Assembly: GCA_964490325.1 (NCBI GenBank)
Contig: CAZBBX010000002.1
Location: 253 to 64,252, forward strand
Source: an uncultured Oscillospiraceae bacterium
Lineage (GTDB): Bacteria > Bacillota > Clostridia > Christensenellales > CAG-138
Length of the DNA stretch: 64,000 bases
Direction: 5' to 3'
A model generated the notes under the pieces. That model did not search any database and was not told the DNA's origin. It worked only from the letters and a program-made list of their open reading frames with translations. Made by a program: the position numbers and the translations under genes. Numbering within the stretch: the first letter of the stretch is position 1; every line of letters starts with the position of its first letter. Positions 43,352 to 51,751 of the stretch are shown piece by piece.

Positions 43352-43882
43352 ATGGAGTTCACCGGTAGCTTTCGCGTTGATAAGGCGGATAACATTCGCT
43401 TCAACTATCATTTGGTACACAGGAAACATTGGATCACCTGTGCGGCAATCCTTGTTATCTTGACGGCTCTTGTTACCCTTATCGATGCGGCAAGATCGGG
43501 CGGCTTCAACGCAAACGCCCTGCTGCGCGGCGCTTTGTTTGGCCTCTTAGGCGCAGTTTTGTGGACGCTGTACATCCTGTACTTTAAGATCTGGGCTCCC
43601 ATCGGCAAGATGTATAAGACCGGAAGGCTGAAGCCCTTCACCCAACAGATCACCATGAGCGACAAAGGCATCCACGCCGTAACGGGCAGCGGAGAAAACG
43701 ACATTCGCTACAAGGACATTCTGAAGGTCGAGGAAACGCCGACGGATTTCTATTTGTACATGAACGATACCTTTGCCTACCTGATGAATAAAAAGCAGCT
43801 CCCCCACGCCGAGGACGTCGTTTTGATCCGCAAGCTGTTCCAGGCTCGCCTGCCGCAGGAGAAGCTGAAGCTTCGGGCATAA
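43352..43882 (+). CDS. YcxB-like membrane protein
   Basis: Two TM helices are followed by ITMSDKGIHAVTGSGENDIRYKDILKVEETPTDFYLYMNDTFAYLMNKKQL. Confidence 0.6.
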   Translation: MEFTGSFRVDKADNIRFNYHLVHRKHWITCAAILVILTALVTLIDAARSGGFNANALLRGALFGLLGAVLWTLYILYFKIWAPIGKMYKTGRLKPFTQQITMSDKGIHAVTGSGENDIRYKDILKVEETPTDFYLYMNDTFAYLMNKKQLPHAEDVVLIRKLFQARLPQEKLKLRA

Positions 43883-43905
43883 GCCAAGAACACGCAAAAT
43901 AAAAC

Positions 43906-43937
43906 ACACTTCCGTGTAAAAACGAAAGTGTGTTTTT
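43906..43937 (+). terminator. Intrinsic terminator (also usable from the tRNA side)
   Basis: ACACACTT-ccgtgtaaaaacga-AAGTGTGT followed by TTTTT. Confidence 0.65.
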
Positions 43938-44013
43938 TGGTGGGCCAACAGGGGCTCGAACCCGGGACACCCTGATTAAGAGTCAGGTGCTCTACCAACT
44001 GAGCTATTGGCCC
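43938..44013 (-). tRNA. tRNA-Lys (anticodon CUU), CCA encoded
   Basis: Reverse complement is GGGCCAA-TA-GCTC-AGTTGGTA-GAGC-A-CCTGA-CTCTTAA-TCAGG-GTGTC-CCGGG-TTCGAGC-CCCTG-TTGGCCC-ACCA. The cloverleaf folds with one C-U mismatch in the T stem. Confidence 0.9.
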
Positions 44014-44044
44014 ATGCTCTCGGAACTTCCGAACAGCGAAGTTT

Positions 44045-44072
44045 ATTATAGCACATTCTTTGTATTTGTCAA
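44045..44072 (-). promoter_or_regulatory. Sigma-A promoter of tRNA-Lys (extended -10)
   Basis: Minus strand TTGACA (44067-44072), 16 nt ending in TGc, TATAAT (44045-44050). Confidence 0.6.
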
Positions 44073-44349
44073 TGCGTTTTTTGAACTTTTTTTCGCAAGT
44101 GAATTCCCAAAGTAACTTCCACAGTGGAATTTGAAGTGGAATTTACCGTGGGAAAAATAAAGTAGAATTTAGTCTGGGAAAGAAGGTCCCCGAATAGGAA
44201 AACGAACGAAAATACCATCCGAAGCCAAAACTCCGCGCTCAAGGCCACACCATGATGCGCTTTTTTACCGGCGAGGCGGCGTGATCATCGCGACCAAATT
44301 CACCCATGCGCCAAGGTGAAGCATGGTTTTTGTCGACAGGCGACATACT

Positions 44350-45576
44350 ATGGGCGATATGAAAGCTTTACGATCCATAAAGATATTTCTTTTTGCAATA
44401 CTGTTGCTGTGCGGCTGCGGCGCAGGCGCTTCCTCCTCCCCCACCGCCTCGCCCAAAGCGACCGCCGTCGTTCGCGGCGTCCCCGATGAAAAGGCGCTGA
44501 AAAGCAGCTCCGTGTCGCTGGTGCTCAACGGGGAAACGGAGAACTACAGCCTTTGGGCGCTGGGGATACGGCTTGCGCAGGACGGCAGTCTTACCGCGGA
44601 CGAGGAAGCCGTGGCCTCGTTTGTGGCGTCCTACTGCGCCGCGCATGAAGCCCTCCCCGCCGACACGGCGCTTGTTTGTGAAGCGGGAGAGGACGGTTCG
44701 ATCCAAAGCATTAGCAACGGCGGGGAGGCGCGGGTGCGTCCCGCTGCGCTCACGGAAAAGATCGAAGCCTTGACCGAGCCGGAGGCCGTCCTGTATATCC
44801 TTGTGGATACCGCACCTAAGACGCGTGCAGAAGCTGTTGACGCTGCCGCAAGCGAGGTCTTATTGGCAAGCTATACGACCTCCTTTGAAGGCTCGAGTCT
44901 TGGCAAGAGCAACCGCGTCCACAACATCTGTCTTGCCGCCGAACGGATCAACGGCGTGGTCGTTGCGCCAAACGAGGTGTTCAGCATGAACGATACCATA
45001 GGGGATCGCAACCGCGCCAACGGTTGGAAAAAGGCGGCCGCCATCAGCGGCGGCAACTACACGCAGGAATACGGCGGCGGGGTTTGTCAGGTGTCCAGCA
45101 CGCTCTTTAACGCCGTATTGATGGCCGACCTGACCGTTGTGGAGCGCTACCACCACAGTTGGCCGATGCCCTATGTGCCCATCGGACGCGACGCCACCAT
45201 CAGTACAGGCAAGAAGGATTTTCGATTCAAAAACAGCAGCGGGGCGGCTGTGACCATCGTTGCCACCGTGGACGAGGAAAACAGCAGCCTGACCGTGGCG
45301 CTGTACGGCATTAAGTCGGGTGCTTACGACCATATCGAATTGGAATCGGAAAAGACCGGCTATCTGCCTGCGGCGGAGGATAAGCTGCTGTTGGATGAAA
45401 GTCTGCCGCAGGGCACGCGGGAGGTGGAGCGCAAGGCGCACCGCGGCAAGACCTCCGTGACCTATAAGCTGTACTATGCCGCCGACGGAACGCTGCAAAA
45501 ACGCGTGTTGGCCTTTCGCGACAGCTATCCCTCCATCGGCGCGATCATCTATGTGTCCGTTGACCTGTATGACTAA
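44350..45576 (+). CDS. VanW-family lipoprotein with C-terminal G5-like domain
   Basis: MGDMKALRSIKIFLFAILLLCGC lipobox. VanW core GGGVCQVSSTLFNAVLMADLTVVERYHHSWP. C-terminal LPQGTREVERKAHRGKTSVTYKLYY. Confidence 0.75.
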   Translation: MGDMKALRSIKIFLFAILLLCGCGAGASSSPTASPKATAVVRGVPDEKALKSSSVSLVLNGETENYSLWALGIRLAQDGSLTADEEAVASFVASYCAAHEALPADTALVCEAGEDGSIQSISNGGEARVRPAALTEKIEALTEPEAVLYILVDTAPKTRAEAVDAAASEVLLASYTTSFEGSSLGKSNRVHNICLAAERINGVVVAPNEVFSMNDTIGDRNRANGWKKAAAISGGNYTQEYGGGVCQVSSTLFNAVLMADLTVVERYHHSWPMPYVPIGRDATISTGKKDFRFKNSSGAAVTIVATVDEENSSLTVALYGIKSGAYDHIELESEKTGYLPAAEDKLLLDESLPQGTREVERKAHRGKTSVTYKLYYAADGTLQKRVLAFRDSYPSIGAIIYVSVDLYD

Positions 45577-45579
45577 AGC

Positions 45580-46485
45580 TCAATACTCCTCGGCGCAGTA
45601 ACACGCTTTCTTTTGCCCTGTTATACCGAACACCGCCGCAGCAAGGGCGTCAGGCTCGTCAAATGGCAGCTCCCGTGCAGCAGGCAGCAAGGTCTTCAAA
45701 AGCTTGCCATCCGTCACGGCGATCACCTGCCAAGGCTTCCTTTCCCCCGGCAAGGGAAGGTCGGCGGGAAGCTTGACGGTAAGTTTGCGACCTGCCGCCA
45801 AGTGCTTGAGCTTGGCAATAAGCGGAAGCGGCGAGCCGATGGACAGGGTCTCCTCTGCGCGCAGCTCCTGCTCGTCCAGATAGTACAGGCTATAGCCCTG
45901 CTCCGTCATAAGGCAGCGTCCGCCGTCGGAAAAATGATCCGCCAAGCGGCGCTCCATATCCCTTTCACTTCGATAAATGCAGCCCTGATATGCCTTGGTC
46001 GCCGCTTGATAGATGGTAAGCAGGCGCTTTGCGCTGATCGGCTCCCGCGCCAAGGGGACGTCCATTGGATCTGCTCCCTCGCCGTGCCAAAGCAGCAGCT
46101 CGGTAAAGGGCACGAAGCCCAGCTTCTCGTAGGCGTCCAAGCGCACGGGATGGTTGAAGGCAAGAGGCACGCCGTCCTCTGCGCCTGCATACAGCAACTT
46201 CTGCATGACAAGATGCATGTAACCCCGCTTCTCATAACCCGGTTTTGTTGACACGCCGCTGACCATCCAAACGGGCAAAGCCCGCTCGTACAGGCGCATC
46301 TTCATCAGGCGGCCATGCGCCATGGAGAGCAACTCCTCCTCATCGAACAGACCGATGCTTGTTTGGGGGCAAAAATAGGTCGAATAATACCAATCGATAA
46401 AGGCGTCGTTATCGTCGAAACGCAGGCGCCAAAGCTGTTTTGCGGCGGGGACGTCCGCCGTTGTCAATCGTCTCAGTTCGATCAC
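45580..46485 (-). CDS. GNAT-family N-acetyltransferase (Eis-like architecture)
   Basis: VSGVSTKPGYEKRGYMHLVMQKLL is an acetyl-CoA-binding motif. It is followed by a C-terminal non-GNAT domain. Confidence 0.65.
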   Translation of the reverse strand: MIELRRLTTADVPAAKQLWRLRFDDNDAFIDWYYSTYFCPQTSIGLFDEEELLSMAHGRLMKMRLYERALPVWMVSGVSTKPGYEKRGYMHLVMQKLLYAGAEDGVPLAFNHPVRLDAYEKLGFVPFTELLLWHGEGADPMDVPLAREPISAKRLLTIYQAATKAYQGCIYRSERDMERRLADHFSDGGRCLMTEQGYSLYYLDEQELRAEETLSIGSPLPLIAKLKHLAAGRKLTVKLPADLPLPGERKPWQVIAVTDGKLLKTLLPAARELPFDEPDALAAAVFGITGQKKACYCAEEY

Positions 46486-47648
46486 AGGCGTGTTCCCTCC
46501 TGCGTTCTATAGTGGACGCTCAGCACGATGGAGACCGCCGCCAGCGAAGCGAGCATGTTGGATCCGCCGTAGCTGATGAAGGGCAGCGGTATGCCCGTGA
46601 CGGGCATCAGGCCAAGGTTCATGCCGATGTTTTCAAACACATGCGCCGCCATCATCGCCATGCAGCCCATGGCCAAGCAACGCCCGAACAGATCCCTTGC
46701 ATTGATCGCGATCAGCACCCAACGGATCAGCAGCGTACAGTACGCCGCTATCAGCGCCGCGCAGCCTGCAAAGCCCAAGCTCTCCCCGATGGTGGAGAAG
46801 ATAAAGTCCGTGTGCCACTCGGGTACATACCCCGTCTGCGCCAAGGTCCCCTTTGTGAACAGTCCCTTCCCCCACAGGCCGCCCGAACCGATGATCTCCT
46901 TGGCGTGCAGGACGTTGTAGCCCGCCCCCTCGGGATCCAAGGTGGGGTCGAGGAACACGCGGATGCGCAGCTTTTGATCGCTGTTTAACGCAAACTTGTA
47001 CACGAAGGGCAGGCTGCCGCCCACCACCACTGCGCCGCCAAGAATGTAGCGCCAACCGATCCGCGCTGAGAATACGATGACCACAAAGATGACCGCATAG
47101 ACCATCGCCGTGCCGAAATCTCCCTGCAAAAGCACGAGCACGAAGGGCACGGCAAAGTAAAGGAATGCCCACAGCACATCCGTAAAGCGGTTCAGATCGC
47201 CGTGCCGCTCCACGGATTCGGCGCAGGACTTGGACAGCATGACGATCATGGTGATCTTACAGATCTCGGAGGGCTGAAAGGCGCGGCTCGTGCCCAGTTT
47301 GTACCAGCCCAACACGCCGCGGGTGTTGTCGCCTGCTATGACCAGCACGATCAATAGGATGCAGCTGATGAAGTACACCGTCTTGATGAGCGGCTTGTAC
47401 TTGTGATAGTCAAACAGTGCCAAGGGCAGGCAGATCAGAAGGGAGATCAAGATGTTGGCGACCTGCCGATCAAAGTATTCAAAATTGAGCCTTGCCCAAA
47501 ACGACGCAAAGTCGCTCTCCGTCCCGTCGAAGGGATCGGAGAGCGCATTGAGCAGTATGACAAGGCCAAACAGCAGCAGCGCCGCGACCAACACAAGCGT
47601 CAGTACGTCGGGCCGCGCCTTTTTTTCCAGTCGCCCGTGCGACTTCAT
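46482..47648 (-). CDS. SEDS-family peptidoglycan glycosyltransferase (FtsW/RodA/SpoVE)
   Basis: LQGDFGTAMVY.., GLWGKGLFKGT-like GGLWGKGLFTKGT, PEWHTDFIFSTIGESLGFAG, PVTGIPLPFISYGGSN. Confidence 0.88.
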   Translation of the reverse strand: MKSHGRLEKKARPDVLTLVLVAALLLFGLVILLNALSDPFDGTESDFASFWARLNFEYFDRQVANILISLLICLPLALFDYHKYKPLIKTVYFISCILLIVLVIAGDNTRGVLGWYKLGTSRAFQPSEICKITMIVMLSKSCAESVERHGDLNRFTDVLWAFLYFAVPFVLVLLQGDFGTAMVYAVIFVVIVFSARIGWRYILGGAVVVGGSLPFVYKFALNSDQKLRIRVFLDPTLDPEGAGYNVLHAKEIIGSGGLWGKGLFTKGTLAQTGYVPEWHTDFIFSTIGESLGFAGCAALIAAYCTLLIRWVLIAINARDLFGRCLAMGCMAMMAAHVFENIGMNLGLMPVTGIPLPFISYGGSNMLASLAAVSIVLSVHYRTQEGTRL

Positions 47649-49066
47649 TCGATGCGGTACGCCGCGTCGCTTGCGGGCGCCGCAGCAAGCTCCGCCCGCT
47701 TGTCGTCAAAGCCCGGCTTGCCAAGCAGCGCATAGGTGGCCTTCTTGCCCTCCTCCACGCCGGGTTGGTCGAAGGCGTCGATATTAAGCAGCTCGCCCGC
47801 ATAGGCCGTTGCGATCTCAAACAGATACAGAAGCTCGCCGATCGTAAACGCGTTGACGGCGGGAAGGGTGATACGATCGGACAGGTGGCCGCTCTTCATG
47901 ACGGCGTACTGCGTTGCCTCCAGCTCCGCCGCGATCAGCTCGTTTTGCGTGTGTCCGCACAGGAAGGCCACATCGGGAATGTCGGTATAGCCCTGCGGGA
48001 TCTCCGTGACGGTGCGGAAGCGCTCCACGCCCAAGAAGGTGATGACCTTATCGAAGGGACCTTCGGTATACAGCTGCACCTGCGAATGCTGATCCGTCAC
48101 GCCCAACGCCTTGACGGGCGTCTGTCCCGCGTTGACCGTGCGGCCGCTGCGATCGACCCGCTTGCCCAGCGACTCTGCCCAAAGTTGGGCGTACCAGTCT
48201 GCAATGTACTTGAGCGAATCGGCATAGGGCATCATTACATGGATGTTGCAGCCGCGGCGCATAGCCGCCACCTGCAGCGCTGCCAGCATGTAGGCGGGAT
48301 TTTTGAAGCAATCCTTCTCCTGCGTCAGCTCGTCCATGTACGCGGCTCCTGCCAGCAGCTCGCGGATGTCCACGCCTGCAACGGCTGCCGCCAACAGTCC
48401 GACGGGGCAAAGCTCGGAGAAGCGTCCGCCCACGCCATCGGGCACGATAAAGCTTGTAAGCCCTTCCTTTGCGGCGATCTTGACAAGGTTGCCCTTTTCA
48501 CGATCCGTCGTTGCAATGAGATTGTCGGAGATGTCCTCGCCCAAGGCGCGGTGCAGCTCGTCCGTGATGATGAGCAGCTGCGACATCGTCTCGGAGGTGC
48601 TGCCCGACTTGGTGACGACGTTGAACATGGTATCGTGTACGTCGATCACGTCCAGCAGCGCTTCCATGCGCTCGGGGTCGATGTTGTCCTCAACATAGAT
48701 GCGCGGTCCCTTGCGCATGAAGGCGGGAAGCTCGTTATAGTGCGAATGGCAAAGCGCCTGCTGCACCGCGATGGGGCCTAAGGCGCTGCCGCCTATGCCC
48801 AGTACGACAAAGGCGTCAAACTTCTGGCGGATCGCGGCAGCGGCAGCCTCGATCTTGTCCACCACCTCGGCTTGGTTGTGCGGCAGCTCACGCCACTTCA
48901 TGCGCTCACGTCCGTCGATCATGCCCTGCGCGGCCTTTTCAAGCGGCAAGGCGTATAATTCCTCCCGCGTCAAGCCCTTTTCGCCCAAGCGTTCGCTCAT
49001 CATATTGTTGTAATCCAAGGTCAGGCGCATCGATTCACGCCAGCTTTGATCCAAATAGCGTTTCAT
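47645..49066 (-). CDS. pgi: Glucose-6-phosphate isomerase
   Basis: FVVLGIGGSALGP.., TKSGSTSETM.., DGVGGRFSE.., DQHSQVQLYTEGP. AGGAGG lies 8 nt before the ATG at 49066. Confidence 0.88.
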   Translation of the reverse strand: MKRYLDQSWRESMRLTLDYNNMMSERLGEKGLTREELYALPLEKAAQGMIDGRERMKWRELPHNQAEVVDKIEAAAAAIRQKFDAFVVLGIGGSALGPIAVQQALCHSHYNELPAFMRKGPRIYVEDNIDPERMEALLDVIDVHDTMFNVVTKSGSTSETMSQLLIITDELHRALGEDISDNLIATTDREKGNLVKIAAKEGLTSFIVPDGVGGRFSELCPVGLLAAAVAGVDIRELLAGAAYMDELTQEKDCFKNPAYMLAALQVAAMRRGCNIHVMMPYADSLKYIADWYAQLWAESLGKRVDRSGRTVNAGQTPVKALGVTDQHSQVQLYTEGPFDKVITFLGVERFRTVTEIPQGYTDIPDVAFLCGHTQNELIAAELEATQYAVMKSGHLSDRITLPAVNAFTIGELLYLFEIATAYAGELLNIDAFDQPGVEEGKKATYALLGKPGFDDKRAELAAAPASDAAYRIE

Positions 49067-49096
49067 TTCTTTGTTCCTCCTGCTTTTGTAGCTGTA

Positions 49097-49927
49097 TTAT
49101 ACCATTGTGCCGCCGCTTTGGGAAGTAAGTAAATCCAATACGTTTCGATAGCAGGCGGCCAATTCGTCAAGTCCTGCGTACATGTCGCTGTACAGCTCCA
49201 GTATGGCGGGGCCTTGATAGCCTGCGTCAAGCAGCGCCCGCGCCGTGCCCGCAATGTCCGCTTCGCCGTTTGGCGGCAGGACGGGTCGAAAGTCGCTGCC
49301 CTTGCCGCGATAGTCGCAGATATGCCAGTTGACGACATCGCTGCCCACAGCGTTTACAAAGTCGATGGGCGAATAGCCGCTGCGTCCCGCCTGCTTGCTG
49401 TCCAAGACAAACTTCATTTTTCCCTCGCCGCCCAACGCGTCCCGCAGCGCCGCGCCGAAGGACGGCTTGTTGAAAAAGCACCAACTGACGTTCTCCAGCG
49501 CCAAGGTCAGGCCGAAGGAGCGCGCCCTCTCGTTAAGCTCGGCAAAGATCGGCACCAAGCGCTCCGTTTGAAGGTTCTTGGCAGCTCCGTTGAGATGTGG
49601 CGAGCCGTGCATGACATAGACCTGCGCACCCAAGCGCGCCCCCGCCTCCAAAACGGTCGAATAGATCTCCGCTGCATCGGCGCGCTGCCGATCATGAATG
49701 GAGAAAAGCTGCGCCTCGAACTGGGCGCTCATGGGATGCACGCTGTACACCCTGATCCCCGCATCGCGCACCCGCTTTGCAAGAAGCGTGATGTAGTCCC
49801 GTTTGTATTCGCAAAAGCTGTTGAGAAACAGCTCCGCCAGCCCCGCGCCCATGCTGCGTATCACTTGCGGCGCTTCCTCCGTTTGACAGCGGGTGAACAG
49901 GCTGGCTGTGGAGATGCCCAATTCCAT
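49097..49927 (-). CDS. Sugar phosphate isomerase/epimerase (xylose-isomerase-like TIM barrel)
   Basis: MELGISTASLF..LELF..VYSVHP..YVMHG..LALENV..DSKQA. The spacing of these acid/His motifs is typical of the AP_endonuc_2 family. Confidence 0.65.
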   Translation of the reverse strand: MELGISTASLFTRCQTEEAPQVIRSMGAGLAELFLNSFCEYKRDYITLLAKRVRDAGIRVYSVHPMSAQFEAQLFSIHDRQRADAAEIYSTVLEAGARLGAQVYVMHGSPHLNGAAKNLQTERLVPIFAELNERARSFGLTLALENVSWCFFNKPSFGAALRDALGGEGKMKFVLDSKQAGRSGYSPIDFVNAVGSDVVNWHICDYRGKGSDFRPVLPPNGEADIAGTARALLDAGYQGPAILELYSDMYAGLDELAACYRNVLDLLTSQSGGTMV

Positions 49928-50043
49928 ACTCGAACCTCATTTCTTTTTCTATTCTATCACCGAAGCCGTCTAAACGCCACAGAAACGAGAATGAAAATTA
50001 TTTTGCCTACATAAAATATTTTCAATTTTTCTTGCTTTAGGTG

Positions 50044-50072
50044 TTTACAAACCGCGTGGAAGCGTGTATGAT
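50044..50072 (+). promoter_or_regulatory. Sigma-A-type promoter
   Basis: TTTACA (50044-50049), 17 nt, TATGAT (50067-50072). Confidence 0.55.
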
Positions 50073-50125
50073 AAAGACAGCTTGAACATGGGCAAAAAAT
50101 AGTATGAAAAGGGAGTTTATCGACA

Positions 50126-51604
50126 ATGATCGACCTGACAGTAAACAAAGAAAATCGCAAGCACGCGATCGACAGGGCGCGTGAAAAGGGTATCATCATC
50201 CCGACCTTTGCGCAGATGCAGAACCCCGATCTGATCCCTGCCGCCATCCAAGAAAAGCTGACCAAGGTGGGTCTGTGGGACATCAACCCGCTGAACCTGT
50301 TCCGCATCACTTGGCGCAATAACCCCGTGGAAAAGGGCGGCGACGGCAAGTACGGCTTTGTCAACTACATTGAAGTCCCCTCGCAGCTGAGCGGCGTGAA
50401 GGCTCGCATCATCATCCTTGTGGGCAAGTGGTTTCCCACCGGCTGCCACAAGGTCGGCGCTTCCTTCGGCTGTCTCGTACCGCGTCTGGTGACGGGTCAG
50501 TTCGACCCCACCTATCATAAGGCTGTTTGGCCCTCCACCGGCAACTACTGCCGCGGCGGTGCTTACAACTCGGCTCTGCTGGCCTGCGATTCCATCGCCA
50601 TCCTCCCCGCCGAGATGAGCAAGGAACGTTTTGACTGGCTCAAGGAGGTCGCAGGCGAAGTGATCGCCACCCCCGGCTGCGAATCCAACGTCAAGGAGAT
50701 CTTCGACAAGACTTGGGAGCTGCGCCGTACCCGCAAGGACGTCGTCATCTTCAACCAGTTCGAGGAGATGGGCAATCCCCTGTGGCACTATCAGGTGACC
50801 GGCAAGGCCATCTATGACGTGGTCGAAGCCATCCGCGGCGAGAATGGCCGCTTTGCGGGCGCTTGCTTCACCAGCGGTTCCGCAGGCACCATGAGCGCAG
50901 GCGACTACCTAAAGGAAAAGTATCCTGAGAGCAAGCTGGCCGTGGGCGAAGCGCTGCAATGCCCCACCCTGCTTGAGAACGGCTTTGGCGGCCACCGCAT
51001 CGAGGGCATCGGCGACAAGCATGTGCCATGGATCCATAACGTTCGCAACACCGACATGGTCATCGACATCGACGACGAGGACAGCCAGCGCCTGCTGCGC
51101 CTGTTCAACGAGCCGGAAGGCCGCGCTTACCTCATCAACGAGATGGGCGTTCCCGCCGAGTTCGTGGAGAATCTGTCCCTGCTGGGCATCTCCGGTATCG
51201 CCAACATGCTTTGCTGCATCAAGATGGCCAAGTACTACGAGCTGACCGAGGACGACATCGTTGCAACCGTCGGCACGGATTCCGCCGTCATGTACCAGAG
51301 CCGCATCCAAGAGCTGCAGGACGCAGACGGCGCTTACACCCCCGTGATGGCAGCCGCCGATTTTGCGGAGCACCTCCACGGACTGCGCACCGACTCGATG
51401 GAGGAGCTGACCTACGCAGCACGCAAGCGCGTGCACAACCTCAAGTACTACACTTGGGTCGAGCAGCAGGGCAAGACCGTTGGCGAGCTGAACGCGCAGT
51501 GGTATGATCGTCACTACTGGACGGACGTCCACGAGCAGATGGGTCAGATCGACGAGCTGATCAACGAGTTCAACGAGGACACCGGCCTTCTTAAGAAGCT
51601 GTAA
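50126..51604 (+). CDS. Fold-type-II PLP-dependent enzyme (tryptophan-synthase-beta/cysteine-synthase superfamily), long form
   Basis: GKWFPTGCHKVGASFG (candidate PLP Lys), STGNYCRGGAYNSA, FTSGSAGT. At 492 aa it is longer than CysK/CysM. I cannot assign a reaction. Confidence 0.6.
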   Translation: MIDLTVNKENRKHAIDRAREKGIIIPTFAQMQNPDLIPAAIQEKLTKVGLWDINPLNLFRITWRNNPVEKGGDGKYGFVNYIEVPSQLSGVKARIIILVGKWFPTGCHKVGASFGCLVPRLVTGQFDPTYHKAVWPSTGNYCRGGAYNSALLACDSIAILPAEMSKERFDWLKEVAGEVIATPGCESNVKEIFDKTWELRRTRKDVVIFNQFEEMGNPLWHYQVTGKAIYDVVEAIRGENGRFAGACFTSGSAGTMSAGDYLKEKYPESKLAVGEALQCPTLLENGFGGHRIEGIGDKHVPWIHNVRNTDMVIDIDDEDSQRLLRLFNEPEGRAYLINEMGVPAEFVENLSLLGISGIANMLCCIKMAKYYELTEDDIVATVGTDSAVMYQSRIQELQDADGAYTPVMAAADFAEHLHGLRTDSMEELTYAARKRVHNLKYYTWVEQQGKTVGELNAQWYDRHYWTDVHEQMGQIDELINEFNEDTGLLKKL

Positions 51605-51630
51605 GCTTCGATCCAATACTCTGTACAGCA

Positions 51631-51662
51631 AAACTCCCGTTCCAAATGAGCGGGAGTTTTTC
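51631..51662 (+). terminator. Intrinsic terminator
   Basis: AAAACTCCCG-ttccaaatgag-CGGGAGTTTT followed by TCGTT. Confidence 0.7.
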
Positions 51663-51751
51663 GTTCGTCAATTCTTAAGACGCAAGCCTGTGCCGCGGGT
51701 GCGGCAAGGATAAAAGCGGGGAACGGCCAAGCGATCGAAAGCGGTTGCCGT

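Noticed and set aside
47765-48781. 338-aa plus-strand ORF opposite pgi, and similar ORFs at 56149-57144 opposite dapA/dapB.
   Set aside because: These are GC-driven antisense ORFs inside strongly supported housekeeping genes.
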